Source of the DNA: an uncultured delta proteobacterium
GTDB lineage: Bacteria; Myxococcota; Myxococcia; Myxococcales; Myxococcaceae
NCBI GenBank assembly: GCA_963771175.1
Contig: CAVYSY010000044.1
Span: forward strand, 128,001-192,000
DNA length: 64,000 nucleotides
Direction: 5' to 3'
A program made the position numbers and the translations under genes. Below are positions 34,803-45,019 of the stretch, piece after piece. Below the pieces are notes generated by a model, which saw nothing but the letters and a program-made list of their open reading frames with translations, was not told the origin of the DNA and did not search any database. Position 1 is the stretch's first letter. The number at the start of each line of letters is the position of its first letter.

Positions 34803-37076
34803 ATGGCCATCACACCGGTTCGCCATCCGTCAGGACCCATTTTTCTAGTCGCACTCATCATGGGACTCGCCGCACGTGCGGCTCCCACGGCCGAGGGCAC
34901 GCCGGAGCGCGTGGAGGCCACTCCCGATGCGCGGCTCGCGGCGCTCTGTCGCGTCTGGGGCGCGGTGGAGCACTTCCATCCGGCCTTGCCCTCTCGGGAC
35001 ATCGACTGGGACGCGGCGCTGGTGGAGACGGCGCCCCGGGTGATGGAGGCCCGAAACCCCGAAGCCCTCTCCGATACCCTCCAGGGGATGCTCGGCAGGC
35101 TCGGGGACCCTGTGACGCGGGTCGCCCGGCAGGCACCGGCCGCCCCCGCTCCGAGCGCGCAGAGCACGCCCCTCTCTCGGCAGGTGGGGGAGGTGCTCGC
35201 GGTGGACCTCGACCGCCGCTTCGGGAACTTCCAGGAGCTCTACATGGCGGTGTCCTCGCTGGGCCCCGAGCTCGCGAAGGCCCGCCGCGTCGTCGTGGAC
35301 CTCCGAGCCAGTGGCGCCGACGAGGCCATCTGGATGGACCAGGCCCTGGGTTTCCTCGCGGGCGCGCTGCCCTCTGAACCGGTGACCGGCCCGGGTGAGC
35401 GGTACCTCCAGCACTCAGGCTACCGGATACAATTCGGCGCCACCTCGGGTGGCTACGGCACCACGATGGACCTGAAGCTCGCCGAGGGCTTCGCCTCCGC
35501 GCCCGGTGCCCCCCAGCGCTCCGTGGCCTTCCTCGTCAACGCGCGCACTCCGCTCGTCCCCCTGCTGCTGGCCATGGTGGGCTCCTCCTCCCGCACCTTC
35601 CTCGTCGCGCAGGGCGCGCTCGACGAGAGCTCCGCCGTCAAGACGATGGAGTTGCCCCTCGCCGGTGGCCACCGCGCCGTCGTGCGCACCTCCGAGCTCG
35701 TCTTCCCCGAGGGCTCGCAAGGCCTGCGCGCGGATGTCACCGTGCCCGCGAGTGCCGACGAGGGAGAGCTGGGCCCCGCCTTCCAGGCCGCGCTGAAGCT
35801 CGTCCGCACGGGCAAGGCGAAGACCCCCGCGCGCCATGCCGCACAGCGGGCCGGATTGCCCACGTGGCACGCGGAGGAGACCTACGCGGAGCAGGAGTAC
35901 CCCTCCCCCGGCCTCAGGACCCTGGCCGTCTGCCGCTTCTGGAACGTCATGCACTACTTCCACCCGGACCCGAAGGCGCTCGGCGACTGGGACGCGGTGC
36001 TGCCCGAGTTCCTCCGCAAGGCTCGCGAGGCCGCGGATGCCCGCGCATACGCGCTCACGCTCTATGAGCTGTCCGCCCGCGTCCATGACGGCCACATCTT
36101 CCTGGCCGAGCGCGGCACCGTCTTCCGCACGCTGGGCGAGGCGACCGCCCCCATCCTCCCGCGCTACGTGGAGGGCCGCCCCCTGATGACGGAGCTCCTC
36201 GATGTCAACGTGACCCGTGAGGCCGGGCTCGTTGTCGGGGACGAATTGCTCACCGTGGATGGACAGCCCGTGGAGGAGCGGGCCGCTTTCCTCCGGCGCC
36301 ACCTCGCGGCCTCGACGCCCGCCGCCCTCTCGTTGAAGGTGGCGGAGATGCTGCTCGCCGGGCCGGATGGCTCGCAGGTCTCGTTGCGCGTCAGGTCCGT
36401 GGATGGCGGGCAGAAGGAGGTGAAGCTGCTCCGCTCCCGCGCCTTCCTCGCGCCCTTCCGGCAGCCCTCCGCCGAGGGCGAGCCCTACCGGACGCTCAAG
36501 GGCAACCTCGGCTATGTCGATCTGCGGCTGCTCCGGGTGGAGCAGATCGACTCGATGCTGGAGGCCCTGCAGGGGACTCGCGGCATCATCTTCGACATGC
36601 GCGGCCAGCCCCAGAGCACGGCGTGGGAGCTGGCGCGCCGCCTCAACGTGAAGGGCACCGAGCACGCGGCGGTGGTTGCCCGGCCCCTGGTGTCCTCCGG
36701 CCAGCGCCGGGAACTGCGGTTCTCCGACACGGAGCTCTCCCGAGCCCAATCCCCTCGCTACACCGGCCGTACCGTGATGCTCGTGGACGAGCGTGCCTCC
36801 AGCCAGGCCGAGTACACCGCCATGATGCTCCAGGCCGCCGCGGGCACCCGGCTCGTGGGAGCGCCCACCGCGGGTGCCGTGGGAGACACCACCAACGTGT
36901 GCCTGCCTGGGGCCGTCTGCGTCCTCTTCACGGGCCAGCTCCTGCTCTACCCGGATGGCCGTCCGGTGCAGGGCGTGGGCGTCACTCCAGACGTGGAGGT
37001 ACGGCCCACCGTGCAGGGAATCCTCGCGGGACGAGACGAGGTCCTCGAGCGGGCGATCTCAACGCTTCGCGAGTGA
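34803..37076 (+). CDS. S41 family peptidase with PDZ domain, secreted
   Basis: Signal peptide; WGAVEHFHP, LGYVDL, IIFDMRG, ASSQAEY, GVTPDVEV. Confidence 0.88.
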   Translation: MAITPVRHPSGPIFLVALIMGLAARAAPTAEGTPERVEATPDARLAALCRVWGAVEHFHPALPSRDIDWDAALVETAPRVMEARNPEALSDTLQGMLGRLGDPVTRVARQAPAAPAPSAQSTPLSRQVGEVLAVDLDRRFGNFQELYMAVSSLGPELAKARRVVVDLRASGADEAIWMDQALGFLAGALPSEPVTGPGERYLQHSGYRIQFGATSGGYGTTMDLKLAEGFASAPGAPQRSVAFLVNARTPLVPLLLAMVGSSSRTFLVAQGALDESSAVKTMELPLAGGHRAVVRTSELVFPEGSQGLRADVTVPASADEGELGPAFQAALKLVRTGKAKTPARHAAQRAGLPTWHAEETYAEQEYPSPGLRTLAVCRFWNVMHYFHPDPKALGDWDAVLPEFLRKAREAADARAYALTLYELSARVHDGHIFLAERGTVFRTLGEATAPILPRYVEGRPLMTELLDVNVTREAGLVVGDELLTVDGQPVEERAAFLRRHLAASTPAALSLKVAEMLLAGPDGSQVSLRVRSVDGGQKEVKLLRSRAFLAPFRQPSAEGEPYRTLKGNLGYVDLRLLRVEQIDSMLEALQGTRGIIFDMRGQPQSTAWELARRLNVKGTEHAAVVARPLVSSGQRRELRFSDTELSRAQSPRYTGRTVMLVDERASSQAEYTAMMLQAAAGTRLVGAPTAGAVGDTTNVCLPGAVCVLFTGQLLLYPDGRPVQGVGVTPDVEVRPTVQGILAGRDEVLERAISTLRE

Positions 37077-37204
37077 GACGCGATGTACCGGGGCCCTGGA
37101 CGTGGTGACAGCGACGTGCCCGCGGTGCGGGATTTCAGGAAGGCTTTGGGCCCACGAATCGCGCGCTGACCGGCTCTGGCGGTCGAGCAGGTGTTCCGGC
37201 ACCC

Positions 37205-37282
37205 CGAAAAGGTGTCCCGAAAAGGTGTCAGACACTTCGTCTCGGCCCCCCTCAACAGGGCTCCCATTCGTCTTATGCTTCG
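37205..37282 (+). mobile_element. Variant REP pair (GAAAAGGTGTC x2, AGACACTT) fused to a putative IS91-like element end
   Basis: 37245-37282 matches 53385-53422 at 37 of 38 nt. Confidence 0.7.
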
Positions 37283-37287
37283 CGCGC

Positions 37288-38205
37288 ATGAGACTCGTGC
37301 TCCTGGCGTCGCTCGGTTTGCTCCTCGGCTGTGCCGTTCCCCACAAGAACGCGCGGTACTCGAACTCCGCACAGGAGCAGGGAGACGCGCGGGTCGGTCA
37401 AATCCTCTCGTCCGAGTGGTCGTTCGAGACGTCCTCCTTCTGGCTCGAGGGGCCCGAGGGGCTCATCTTGATCGACACGCAGTTCCTTCCGTCCGCGTTG
37501 CGGAAAGGGATTGCCTACGCCGAGGGGGCCACGGGCAAGAAGGTCAAGCTGGCCATCGTCCTGCACCCGAACCCCGACCGTTTCAACGGAACGGCCTGGC
37601 TCGAGAAGCGCGGAGTCCCGGTCGTCACCTCCGAGCAGGTCCGCGAGCGCATTCCCGAGGTCCACGACAGATGGGCTCCCGCCCTCTTCGAGAAGTACCA
37701 GGCGGGCGGGTACCCCTGGAGCGTCGTGCTCCCCGACAGCTTCGGAAGCAGCACGACGGAGCTGAGCGCGGGGGGCCTCACCGTGAAGGCGCACGTGCTT
37801 GGCGGCGGGTGCAGCCCGGCCCATGTGGTCGTCGAGTGGGAAGGGCATCTCTTCGTCGGGGACCTGGTGGCGAATGGCACGCACAGCTGGTTCGAGAATG
37901 GCCGGACCGACGCGTGGCTCGAGCGCCTGGACGAGCTGCGCGCGTTGCACCCGAAGTGGATCCACCCGGGGCGCGGCTTCACGGACGGGCCCGAGCTGCT
38001 CGACCGGCAGACGGACTACGTCCACACCGTGGTCGAAGCGGTCGCGGCGGAGCACCCACGGGGCCGGCCCACTCCGGAAGCGTTCGCACGCATCACGGAG
38101 CGGGTGAACCAGCGCTACCCCGACCACCACTACCCCGCCTTTCTGCCGATGGTCCTGCGCGCGGAGTGGGCGCGCCAGGCCGCCCTCCTCGCCGATTCAC
38201 GGTAG
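37288..38205 (+). CDS. MBL-fold metallo-hydrolase lipoprotein
   Basis: Lipobox LLGC; LIDTQF, HPNPDRFNG (degenerate HxHxDH), FVGDL, HPGRG. Confidence 0.85.
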   Translation: MRLVLLASLGLLLGCAVPHKNARYSNSAQEQGDARVGQILSSEWSFETSSFWLEGPEGLILIDTQFLPSALRKGIAYAEGATGKKVKLAIVLHPNPDRFNGTAWLEKRGVPVVTSEQVRERIPEVHDRWAPALFEKYQAGGYPWSVVLPDSFGSSTTELSAGGLTVKAHVLGGGCSPAHVVVEWEGHLFVGDLVANGTHSWFENGRTDAWLERLDELRALHPKWIHPGRGFTDGPELLDRQTDYVHTVVEAVAAEHPRGRPTPEAFARITERVNQRYPDHHYPAFLPMVLRAEWARQAALLADSR

Positions 38206-38230
38206 GCACCGGCGGGCTGCCATGAGCCCG

Positions 38231-38252
38231 AGGGAAGGTGTCAAAGAACTCG
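38231..38252 (+). repeat. Isolated left-end/REP copy GGGAAGGTGTCAAAGAACTCG
   Basis: Matches the RAYT element left end at 47687. Confidence 0.8.
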
Positions 38253-38314
38253 TTCAGCGGCCGATGACGTGACGCACACGCTCGACCCCTCACACAGGCG
38301 TGCGCGTCCGCTTC

Positions 38315-39127
38315 CTACTCCCCGAGCGATTGGGGCGGCGGTTTGGCGCTGAAGACGGGCGCGTAGCACTTGCCCTGGTGCTCGAAGAGCCCATCCGGGC
38401 ACGGGGCCTTGAGGGCGTGCTCCATCCAGCAGCCGCCCACGAGTTCCACGTCGACGTATTTCCTGCAAGGGGGGCGCTTTTGTCCCTTGAAGGCCTCGCG
38501 CGGCAGAGAACGGGCGAGTGCGGGCACTCCCGCGTCCGGGGTATCCATGGCGCTGGAGAATGAGTACGGATTCGCGTCCGCCGTGAGCACCTCGTCGCTC
38601 GTGAGCACCTCATCGCTCATGAGCGCGGGCGGTGTGATTGCCAGGGACTCCGGGCCGCTCGGCGGTGGAGCCTCGAAGGCCAGATGCACCAGCGCGATGA
38701 GCAGGACGCCCACTGTGGCGGCGCTCACCACGCCCAACCCCAGGTGCCACCGGAGGCGGGGCGCGTGGGAGTCGGATACGGCGCGGACCATGCGCCGCAC
38801 CTCCTCGAGCACACCGTCCAACGTGAGCAGCAGCGACTCCGCCGACTGCCTGTCCTGGGCCCTGGCCCAGTCGGTGTGCTCCACCTCCATGGCGGAGTAG
38901 CCTCGAGAGGCCCAGGAGCCGAGGAACACCCGCCAGTGCTTCCCTGGTGCCTTTGCCTCTTGGGCGGCGTGCTTGCGCACCAGGGCCGTGGCCCCGCTCG
39001 TCTCGTGCGTGGCCAGATAGAGTTCCTCCTGGAGGTCAGTGGACTGCTGTACCTGCTCCTGAATCAGGTACGGCCCCAAGCGTTCCGGTTCCTCCCCGCT
39101 CGTTTCGAGCTTCTTCTCCTCGTCCAT
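38315..39127 (-). CDS. Myxobacterial hypothetical membrane protein with a kinase-associated Cys-rich C-terminus
   Basis: GAGGAG SD; TM segment; FKGQKRPPC...GGCW...APCPDGLFEHQGKCYAP. Confidence 0.75.
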   Translation of the reverse strand: MDEEKKLETSGEEPERLGPYLIQEQVQQSTDLQEELYLATHETSGATALVRKHAAQEAKAPGKHWRVFLGSWASRGYSAMEVEHTDWARAQDRQSAESLLLTLDGVLEEVRRMVRAVSDSHAPRLRWHLGLGVVSAATVGVLLIALVHLAFEAPPPSGPESLAITPPALMSDEVLTSDEVLTADANPYSFSSAMDTPDAGVPALARSLPREAFKGQKRPPCRKYVDVELVGGCWMEHALKAPCPDGLFEHQGKCYAPVFSAKPPPQSLGE

Positions 39128-39305
39128 GCGTGCTCCTCACGAGCCTCCGCGCCTGCTGGAGGCCAGAGGCGGGTGTTCGCATGAACCACGCCCGACATCC
39201 AGGAGGTACTCGGTTCGTCAGGTGGGGGCCTACTCACAGGTGCCCTGGCGCGTTCACCTCCGCGCTGGGACACAGTTGGGCGCCCCACCTCGCGGCCTCC
39301 TTCGG

Positions 39306-39832
39306 CGGGAAGGGTGTCCAGCAAGGGGGGCCGGGAAGGGTGTCAGACACTTTGTACGGCCTTTGCAATGGCCGGTTCTCGATACCCATCGGTGAGAAAC
39401 CTACCCGCCGTTGGGCCCTCCCGGGCCGTGTGGCTCGCCACTGCTGGGGCCGTCCTGAACGTGCAGTCGTTCCCGCTGCGGTTCCTGTCCGGGGCTGCAG
39501 AAAGGGTCGGAAGAGGAGAGACACGGCGGTGCGAGCACTCTGGGGAGGTGGAGGCAGGCGCGCAGGGGAAGCCTGTCATGGGAGCGCGAGCGGTGCAGAG
39601 CAGCCCAGCACGGCCCGAGCGTCTCAAGCGTACTCCGCGGACCTTTGGGACATGCCTCAACGCGCCAGGCCCTGCGGGAGTTGCGCGAGCAGTACCGTGC
39701 TTTCGTCTCGACATTCCGAGAAGCCGCAGCGCGCTGGCGGCGGGGGACTTCTCGGCCCGCTTCCCCCTCTACTCCTTCCCGCCGCGCACCTTGCCCGGTC
39801 ACGTTGCTCGCGTTCTTTGACACCATTCCCGG
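39306..39832 (+). mobile_element. Degenerate RAYT derivative: REP pair (39306-39359), ~150 bp unrelated DNA, deleted 3' transposase fragment and right end
   Basis: 39510-39820 aligns to 48437-48762 with deletions; ends TTTGACACCATTCCCGG. Confidence 0.85.
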
Positions 39833-40078
39833 CGGTCACACGTGCGCCCCCTGACGTGTCAGTGACGTGTCAGCGACACGTCAGGAGGCACCCCTGAGTC
39901 GCCCGCTCTCCTCGTGCCCAAGGGGAAGCGCACGCGTTCCGCTTGGAACCGGTTTCAGTCGGATCCTCGGGCAGACCTTCGCACGAGGAGAGAGCTGCCG
40001 GATCCCTACCGAGATCGGCCCTGGCTGGCCGCGTTTGCACCAGGCCCCGCGCAACTCGCTACCCGAGGAGATGGAGAG

Positions 40079-41100
40079 ATGAACGACGTGGGCGGTATCT
40101 CGAAGCGGCATCGCTCTGTATGGGATTGATGGTGTTGATGGCCACCCCGGCCTGGGCTCAGAGAGGACAGCCAGCTCTGGCTCGACTCCCAGAGCGGCGC
40201 CCCCATCAGCAGCACCGTGGTGCTCAAGAAGGACCGGCCGTATTTCCTCACGATGAAGGGGACGCTATAGCGCGTGGGGTGGCCTCTCCTCCCCCGGCGC
40301 GAGGTCGGGCAAGCCGGATCCCGCGCCCCTGTTCCCGAGCCCGAAGGGAGCGAACAAGCTGGTCGGCATCGACCCCGAGTTCGTCTACGCGTGGCCCAAG
40401 GGCTCCGGCCTGGAGAAGGGCACGGAGCCTTCTCCCCGGAGGAACACCGCCATCGAGGTCAGCCTGGACGGCGGGAAGACCTGGAAGCACCCGGCCAGCA
40501 CGGCGTCCTTCAACGCGGCCGAGCACGAGTACAACTACGAGCTGGACGGGAGGCGACAACGCGGTGCAGGTGCGCCTCGTCGACAAGCCCTACGGCGACA
40601 ACTACTGGGCGCGTGCAGCTCTCCGTGCAGCCCGCGGAGGAGCTGTGGCTCGACTCCCGGAGCGGCGCGCCCCGGAGTGCCACAGCGAGAGGGTGCTCAA
40701 GAAGGGCAAGCCGTACCGCTTCGAGCGATGCAGGGGACCTTCAGCACGTGGGGCAGCATCGCCACCCCTGGCGCGAGGTCGGGCAAGCCGGATCTCGCGC
40801 CCATGTTCCGAGCGCGCAGGGAGTGAATCAGCAGGTCGGCATCGACCCCGAGTTCGTCTACGCATGGCCCCAGGGCTCCAGCCTGGAGAAGGGCACGGAG
40901 CCTTCTCCCCGGAGGAACACCGGCACCCTCGAGATCAGCCTGGACGGGGGGAAGACCTGGAAGCACCCGGCCAGCACGGCGACCTTCAACGCGACCGACC
41001 ACAAGTACACCTATGAGGTAACGGGGGACGACAACGCGCTGCAGGTGCGCTTCGTGGATCAGCCCTACGGCGACAACTCCGGGCGCGTGCGAGCTCTTCC
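40079..41100 (+). pseudogene. Secreted protein with two ~155-aa tandem repeats containing Asp-box-like SLDGGKTW; many frameshifts
   Basis: Signal ...LMATPAWAQ; DNA repeat GGCATCGACCCCGAGTTCGTCTACG...TGGAAGCACCCGGCCAGCACGGCG at ~40365 and ~40838. Confidence 0.65.
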
Positions 41101-41437
41101 TGCTGCCCGCGGCCTGAGCAGACCGCCAGGGGACCGGCCCCGGGGCTCCAGGTTCTTCGGAACCTGGGGCCTTTTGGTTCCCTCCGGACCGGGCTGCACA
41201 CCCTGGGGTGCATCAGGAGCACCCCATATGACCACCGTGAAAGTCGGTTCCTCCAAGCAGTGGTAGACGACCTACGCCGGTATGAGCTCGGAATAGGGGA
41301 CAACGACCCTCTCCCACCTCCAGAGCATCCGTATCCGGAGTACGTGGCGGAGCTCGAGAGGGCGAAGATGCACCTCGCAAACAATCCCAGGCTGGCGCCC
41401 GCGGTCGAGCTTCTCAAGCGATTCGTCAGTTTGGGAG

Positions 41438-41787
41438 CCCGAGATGGTGTCAAAGGACTCGAACCGCAGGACTCGAGCCAGAACGAGACTCGGCGTGGAC
41501 GGGTGAACCTACCGGCCCCCAGGTCATTCTGAGGACTTGGGGTTGGCCCACAGGGAGCATCCGGCCTGGCGGCGCGTACGCAGGGGATGGGCTGGCCGTT
41601 GGGGCATGCCTCCGCGCGCCAGTCGCTGAGGGAGTTGCGCGAGCAGTACCGTGCCTTCGTCGCGGCGTTCCAAGAGGCGGCGGCTCGGTGGAGGCGGGGG
41701 GACTTCTCGGCGAGCTTTCCTCTCTACTCCTTCCCGCCGCGTGTCGTGCCGGGTCGTGTCGCGCGAGTCCTTTGACACCCTCTCGGG
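41438..41787 (+). mobile_element. Non-autonomous miniature element of a second RAYT subfamily
   Basis: 24-bp inverted ends (23/24 match); internal mini-ORF 41587-41775 joins the transposase start MGWPL to its C-terminus. Confidence 0.85.
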
Positions 41788-41829
41788 GGTGGGGAGGGCG
41801 ACGCGCCACACCGCCTGAGCTCGTCAATC

Positions 41830-42426
41830 CTAGATGGGCACGCTCTCGGGGCGACTGATGAAAAGGGCATCGAAGAGGGTGGTGTGGGGCGGTTCCTTGG
41901 GCTCGACGATGAGCGGGACGGGAGTGCGGGCGAGCTCGCGAGGAAGGGCGGTCACCCCGAACGTGGCCTCGAGCTTCCTGGCGACGACCTCGGCGGGAGC
42001 CTGCATCTCGGGTGGAAGCGACTCCAGGAAGACCCGCTCTTCAACGCGCTGCCTGCCGCTGTAGTGGAGGTGCAAGCCATAGATGGCGTAGACAGGCGCC
42101 AGGATGCTGACACAGCCGACGACGCACCAGACAACTGGCTGCGGTGGTTTCTCCACTTTCGGGTACACGGCACAACGAAAAGACGCATTACACGTGGACG
42201 TGAAGTTCCCGACATTCAGTCCTGGCAGCGCTGCCTGGAGGTCATCCACGAACGCGTCCCACTGGTCCATCTTCTTGCGCTCTTGCACCCACAGCGAGAG
42301 GAAGCGCTCGGCCTCGGGGCTGTTCTCGCGCCTGAGATCGAAGTCCTTGTCCGCACGGTAGTAGTTGTGGACGAGGGCAAGCAAGGACTCCGCCGAGAGG
42401 GGAATAGGGCTAGAATTCAATGACAT
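41830..42426 (-). CDS. Hypothetical protein
   Basis: 198-aa ORF overlapping the end of the upstream lipoprotein gene. Confidence 0.7.
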   Translation of the reverse strand: MSLNSSPIPLSAESLLALVHNYYRADKDFDLRRENSPEAERFLSLWVQERKKMDQWDAFVDDLQAALPGLNVGNFTSTCNASFRCAVYPKVEKPPQPVVWCVVGCVSILAPVYAIYGLHLHYSGRQRVEERVFLESLPPEMQAPAEVVARKLEATFGVTALPRELARTPVPLIVEPKEPPHTTLFDALFISRPESVPI

Positions 42427-42889
42427 GGGGCGTTGTTTCCTTGTCGCACAGGGTCGTGACTTGGGAGCCGAGTACGGCACGATTCAGAATCGTGTGAAAC
42501 GTACTCTTGAAGTCCTGACACACGAGGCCGGGGCTCGGAGAATTGGGGAAGCCAAGCACGATTCTTCCGGCCTCGTTGGCGCAATCAGCGGCGATGCGCT
42601 GCGCAAGTGCTGTGGAGATGGACCCATCCGTTTGGGTCGCCAGGGGCATCTCGACTCCAAACTTGCAGAAGAAGGTGTTCCAGGTGGCGGTGTTGACGAT
42701 GGGGACGTGCAGGCATGCGGCACGCCATCCGCCCGAGCCTGATTTGGGTTTCTTGACGACCGTGACGAACTGAAAATGGTGGGGCTGGTAGTGGTTGATG
42801 CTGCACCCCGCGAGGAGTGGAAGCATGACGACGAACAGGTTCCGGAGCGGGAATGCACGTCTTCGCGCGGGTTGCCCTGAAATGCTCAC
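42410..42889 (-). CDS. Hypothetical Cys-rich lipoprotein
   Basis: Lipobox LLAGC; lower GC than the backbone; start uncertain. Confidence 0.65.
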   Translation of the reverse strand: MSISGQPARRRAFPLRNLFVVMLPLLAGCSINHYQPHHFQFVTVVKKPKSGSGGWRAACLHVPIVNTATWNTFFCKFGVEMPLATQTDGSISTALAQRIAADCANEAGRIVLGFPNSPSPGLVCQDFKSTFHTILNRAVLGSQVTTLCDKETTPHVIEF

Positions 42890-43037
42890 GGTGTCACCTC
42901 GGCCCAGCGGGGATGGTTGCCCGCGAGGGTAGCAACGTTCATGCGACCCGCGCCCCCGTCTTCCGCCGACTGCGGGCGCGCGTTCTGGAGCGGACGGTCA
43001 CGGTATGGCCCAACGGGGATGTGGAGGTGGACTCGAA

Positions 43038-43158
43038 CCCGAGACGGTGTCAAAGGACTCGAACCGCAGGACTCGAGCCAGAACGAGACTCCTCGCGCCA
43101 GGCACTGCGGGAGTTGCGCGAGCAGTACCGTGACTTCGTCGCGGCGTTCCAAGAGGCG
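43038..43158 (+). mobile_element. Truncated subfamily-B RAYT derivative (left end fused to RQALRELREQY fragment)
   Basis: 43046-43091 identical to 41446-41491. Confidence 0.85.
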
Positions 43159-43224
43159 CGACGAGCTTTCCTCAACCTCGCGTCTCCGGTGAAGAATCGG
43201 GCGTCCGCTCACATCGGAGACGAC

Positions 43225-44973
43225 ATGCTGATGTTCTCGTTGGTGGCCGTGGTGCTCGCGGCCGAGCCGCCCCCCACCTCCACGCCGCTCTACCCGCCGG
43301 CGGAGGCCATCGCCGACGCGCTCTCCGGGCCGCTGGTCCCGATGGTCGGGGATACTGGCTTCGGTCCCAACGAGCGGCTCCCGGACTGCTTCTACCGAAA
43401 CGACCGTGTCATCGTCATCAACCGCTACTGCGGCAAGCGGGAGATCAACACCACCGGCATCCAGATCATGCACCCCGAGCGGGGCGTCCTCTACTTCTAC
43501 GCGGAGGCGAGCGCGCCGATCAGCTCGCTCACCCGCGAGGACTACGAGCAGTGGCGCATCGAGGTGCGCGACCCGCTGCCCGGACTCCGCGTCGACCAGT
43601 CGCTGGCGGAAGTGCTGCAGTGGATGCACCGGAGAACGCGCGAGGCGCAGCAGGTGTGTTGGACCGGCTTCGGCTCGCCCGGCGGCGTCCCCACCGGGTG
43701 CCACTACAAGACGCCCGAGCTCAAGCAGGCCTGGATGGACGCTCATGACGCCCTGCTCAAGAGCCCGCCCCCTGGCTGGTACGAGCTCGTCCGGGAGATG
43801 CGCGGACTGATCGGCAAGAAGCCGCCGCCGGTGAAGGCCCCGCCCGCCGCCGACACCGCCGGACCCGGGCCCGCGCGCATCGTCGTCCGGGTGTTCGAGT
43901 ACTTCACGCACCAGCCGGTGGTGGGCGCCCGCGTCCTCTTCCGCGAGCTGGACGGCGCCGGGGAGCGCGTGGGAGTGACCGACGCCAGCGGCAAGGTGGC
44001 GGTGCGGACGCCGAGCACCCGCTTCGAGCCCGTGAAGGTCGAGCTCGAGGGGCTGCTCCCGCCCGAGGAGCTGCGGCCCATCTGGAGCGCGTTCAAGACG
44101 CTCGACCCGACGCGCCACGCGCAGGGGAAGGACGAGGTCCGCTGGGAGCTTCCGGTCGTCCGCCGGGCGTGGCTGGAAGCGAACATGAAGGTCCGGACCC
44201 GGGAGCAGGCCGACGCCGTGGCCGCCGACTGGGGGAGCGAGTGCGGGCCGGGCGGTCCCAGCGCGGTCGAGTTCCGCGAGGGCGCCTGGCACTACACCTT
44301 CTCGTGCCTGGAGATGTACGTCGACCCGTGGAAGGGGAAGGGCGGCGGGCGCAAGCTCCAGCCGGCTCCTCCCAGCGCGGCCCCGCTCTACCCGCCGGCG
44401 GAGGCGCTGGCGGACGCGGTGTCCGGTCCGCTGCGGCATGTGGGGACCACCCTCTGGTACGGCCGCTACGGGATTCCTTCGTGCATCTACCGGAACGAGA
44501 AGGTCTTCGTCATCAACTCGTACTGCACGCTGAAGGAGCTCAACCGCACCGGGGTCATCGTCATCCACCCCGAGCGCGGCGTGGTGCAGCTCAAGGCGCG
44601 CGGCGTCCAGGACAAGCCGGTCAGCACGCTGAGGCGCGCGCAGTACGCCGAGTGGGGGTTCTCGTCGACGGATGGCCAGCGCGGCCTCACCCTCGATGCG
44701 AGCGCGGACGCGCTGGTCGCCTGGGAGGAGCGGCGCCACCGCTACTACCGAAATCCCGGCTGCGGGGCGGGGCAGGCCGGCGCGTCCTCCAAGATGCGCG
44801 GCAAGTGCGAGGAGAAGACGCCAGGGTTCGAGGCCTGGTGGCGGGGCGTGTATCCCCCCATTCTCGAGGCGCCGCCCGAGAGCTGGTACGCGCTCGTGAA
44901 GGACCTGCGCCAGCGCGCGCGCAAGGACGGGAAGCCGGACCCGCGGCTGGCGAAGGGCGCCCCGGAGGAGTGA
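43225..44973 (+). CDS. Secreted hypothetical protein with duplicated ~190-aa domain around a central beta domain
   Basis: GGAG SD; signal peptide; PLYPPAEA(I/L)ADA(L/V)SGPL...C.YRN..V.VIN.YC...E.N.TG...HPERGV occurs twice. Confidence 0.75.
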   Translation: MLMFSLVAVVLAAEPPPTSTPLYPPAEAIADALSGPLVPMVGDTGFGPNERLPDCFYRNDRVIVINRYCGKREINTTGIQIMHPERGVLYFYAEASAPISSLTREDYEQWRIEVRDPLPGLRVDQSLAEVLQWMHRRTREAQQVCWTGFGSPGGVPTGCHYKTPELKQAWMDAHDALLKSPPPGWYELVREMRGLIGKKPPPVKAPPAADTAGPGPARIVVRVFEYFTHQPVVGARVLFRELDGAGERVGVTDASGKVAVRTPSTRFEPVKVELEGLLPPEELRPIWSAFKTLDPTRHAQGKDEVRWELPVVRRAWLEANMKVRTREQADAVAADWGSECGPGGPSAVEFREGAWHYTFSCLEMYVDPWKGKGGGRKLQPAPPSAAPLYPPAEALADAVSGPLRHVGTTLWYGRYGIPSCIYRNEKVFVINSYCTLKELNRTGVIVIHPERGVVQLKARGVQDKPVSTLRRAQYAEWGFSSTDGQRGLTLDASADALVAWEERRHRYYRNPGCGAGQAGASSKMRGKCEEKTPGFEAWWRGVYPPILEAPPESWYALVKDLRQRARKDGKPDPRLAKGAPEE

Positions 44974-45019
44974 CCGGGGCTTTCTTTGCTGGCATCGCAC
45001 CGTGCGCGGCGAGGTCGCC

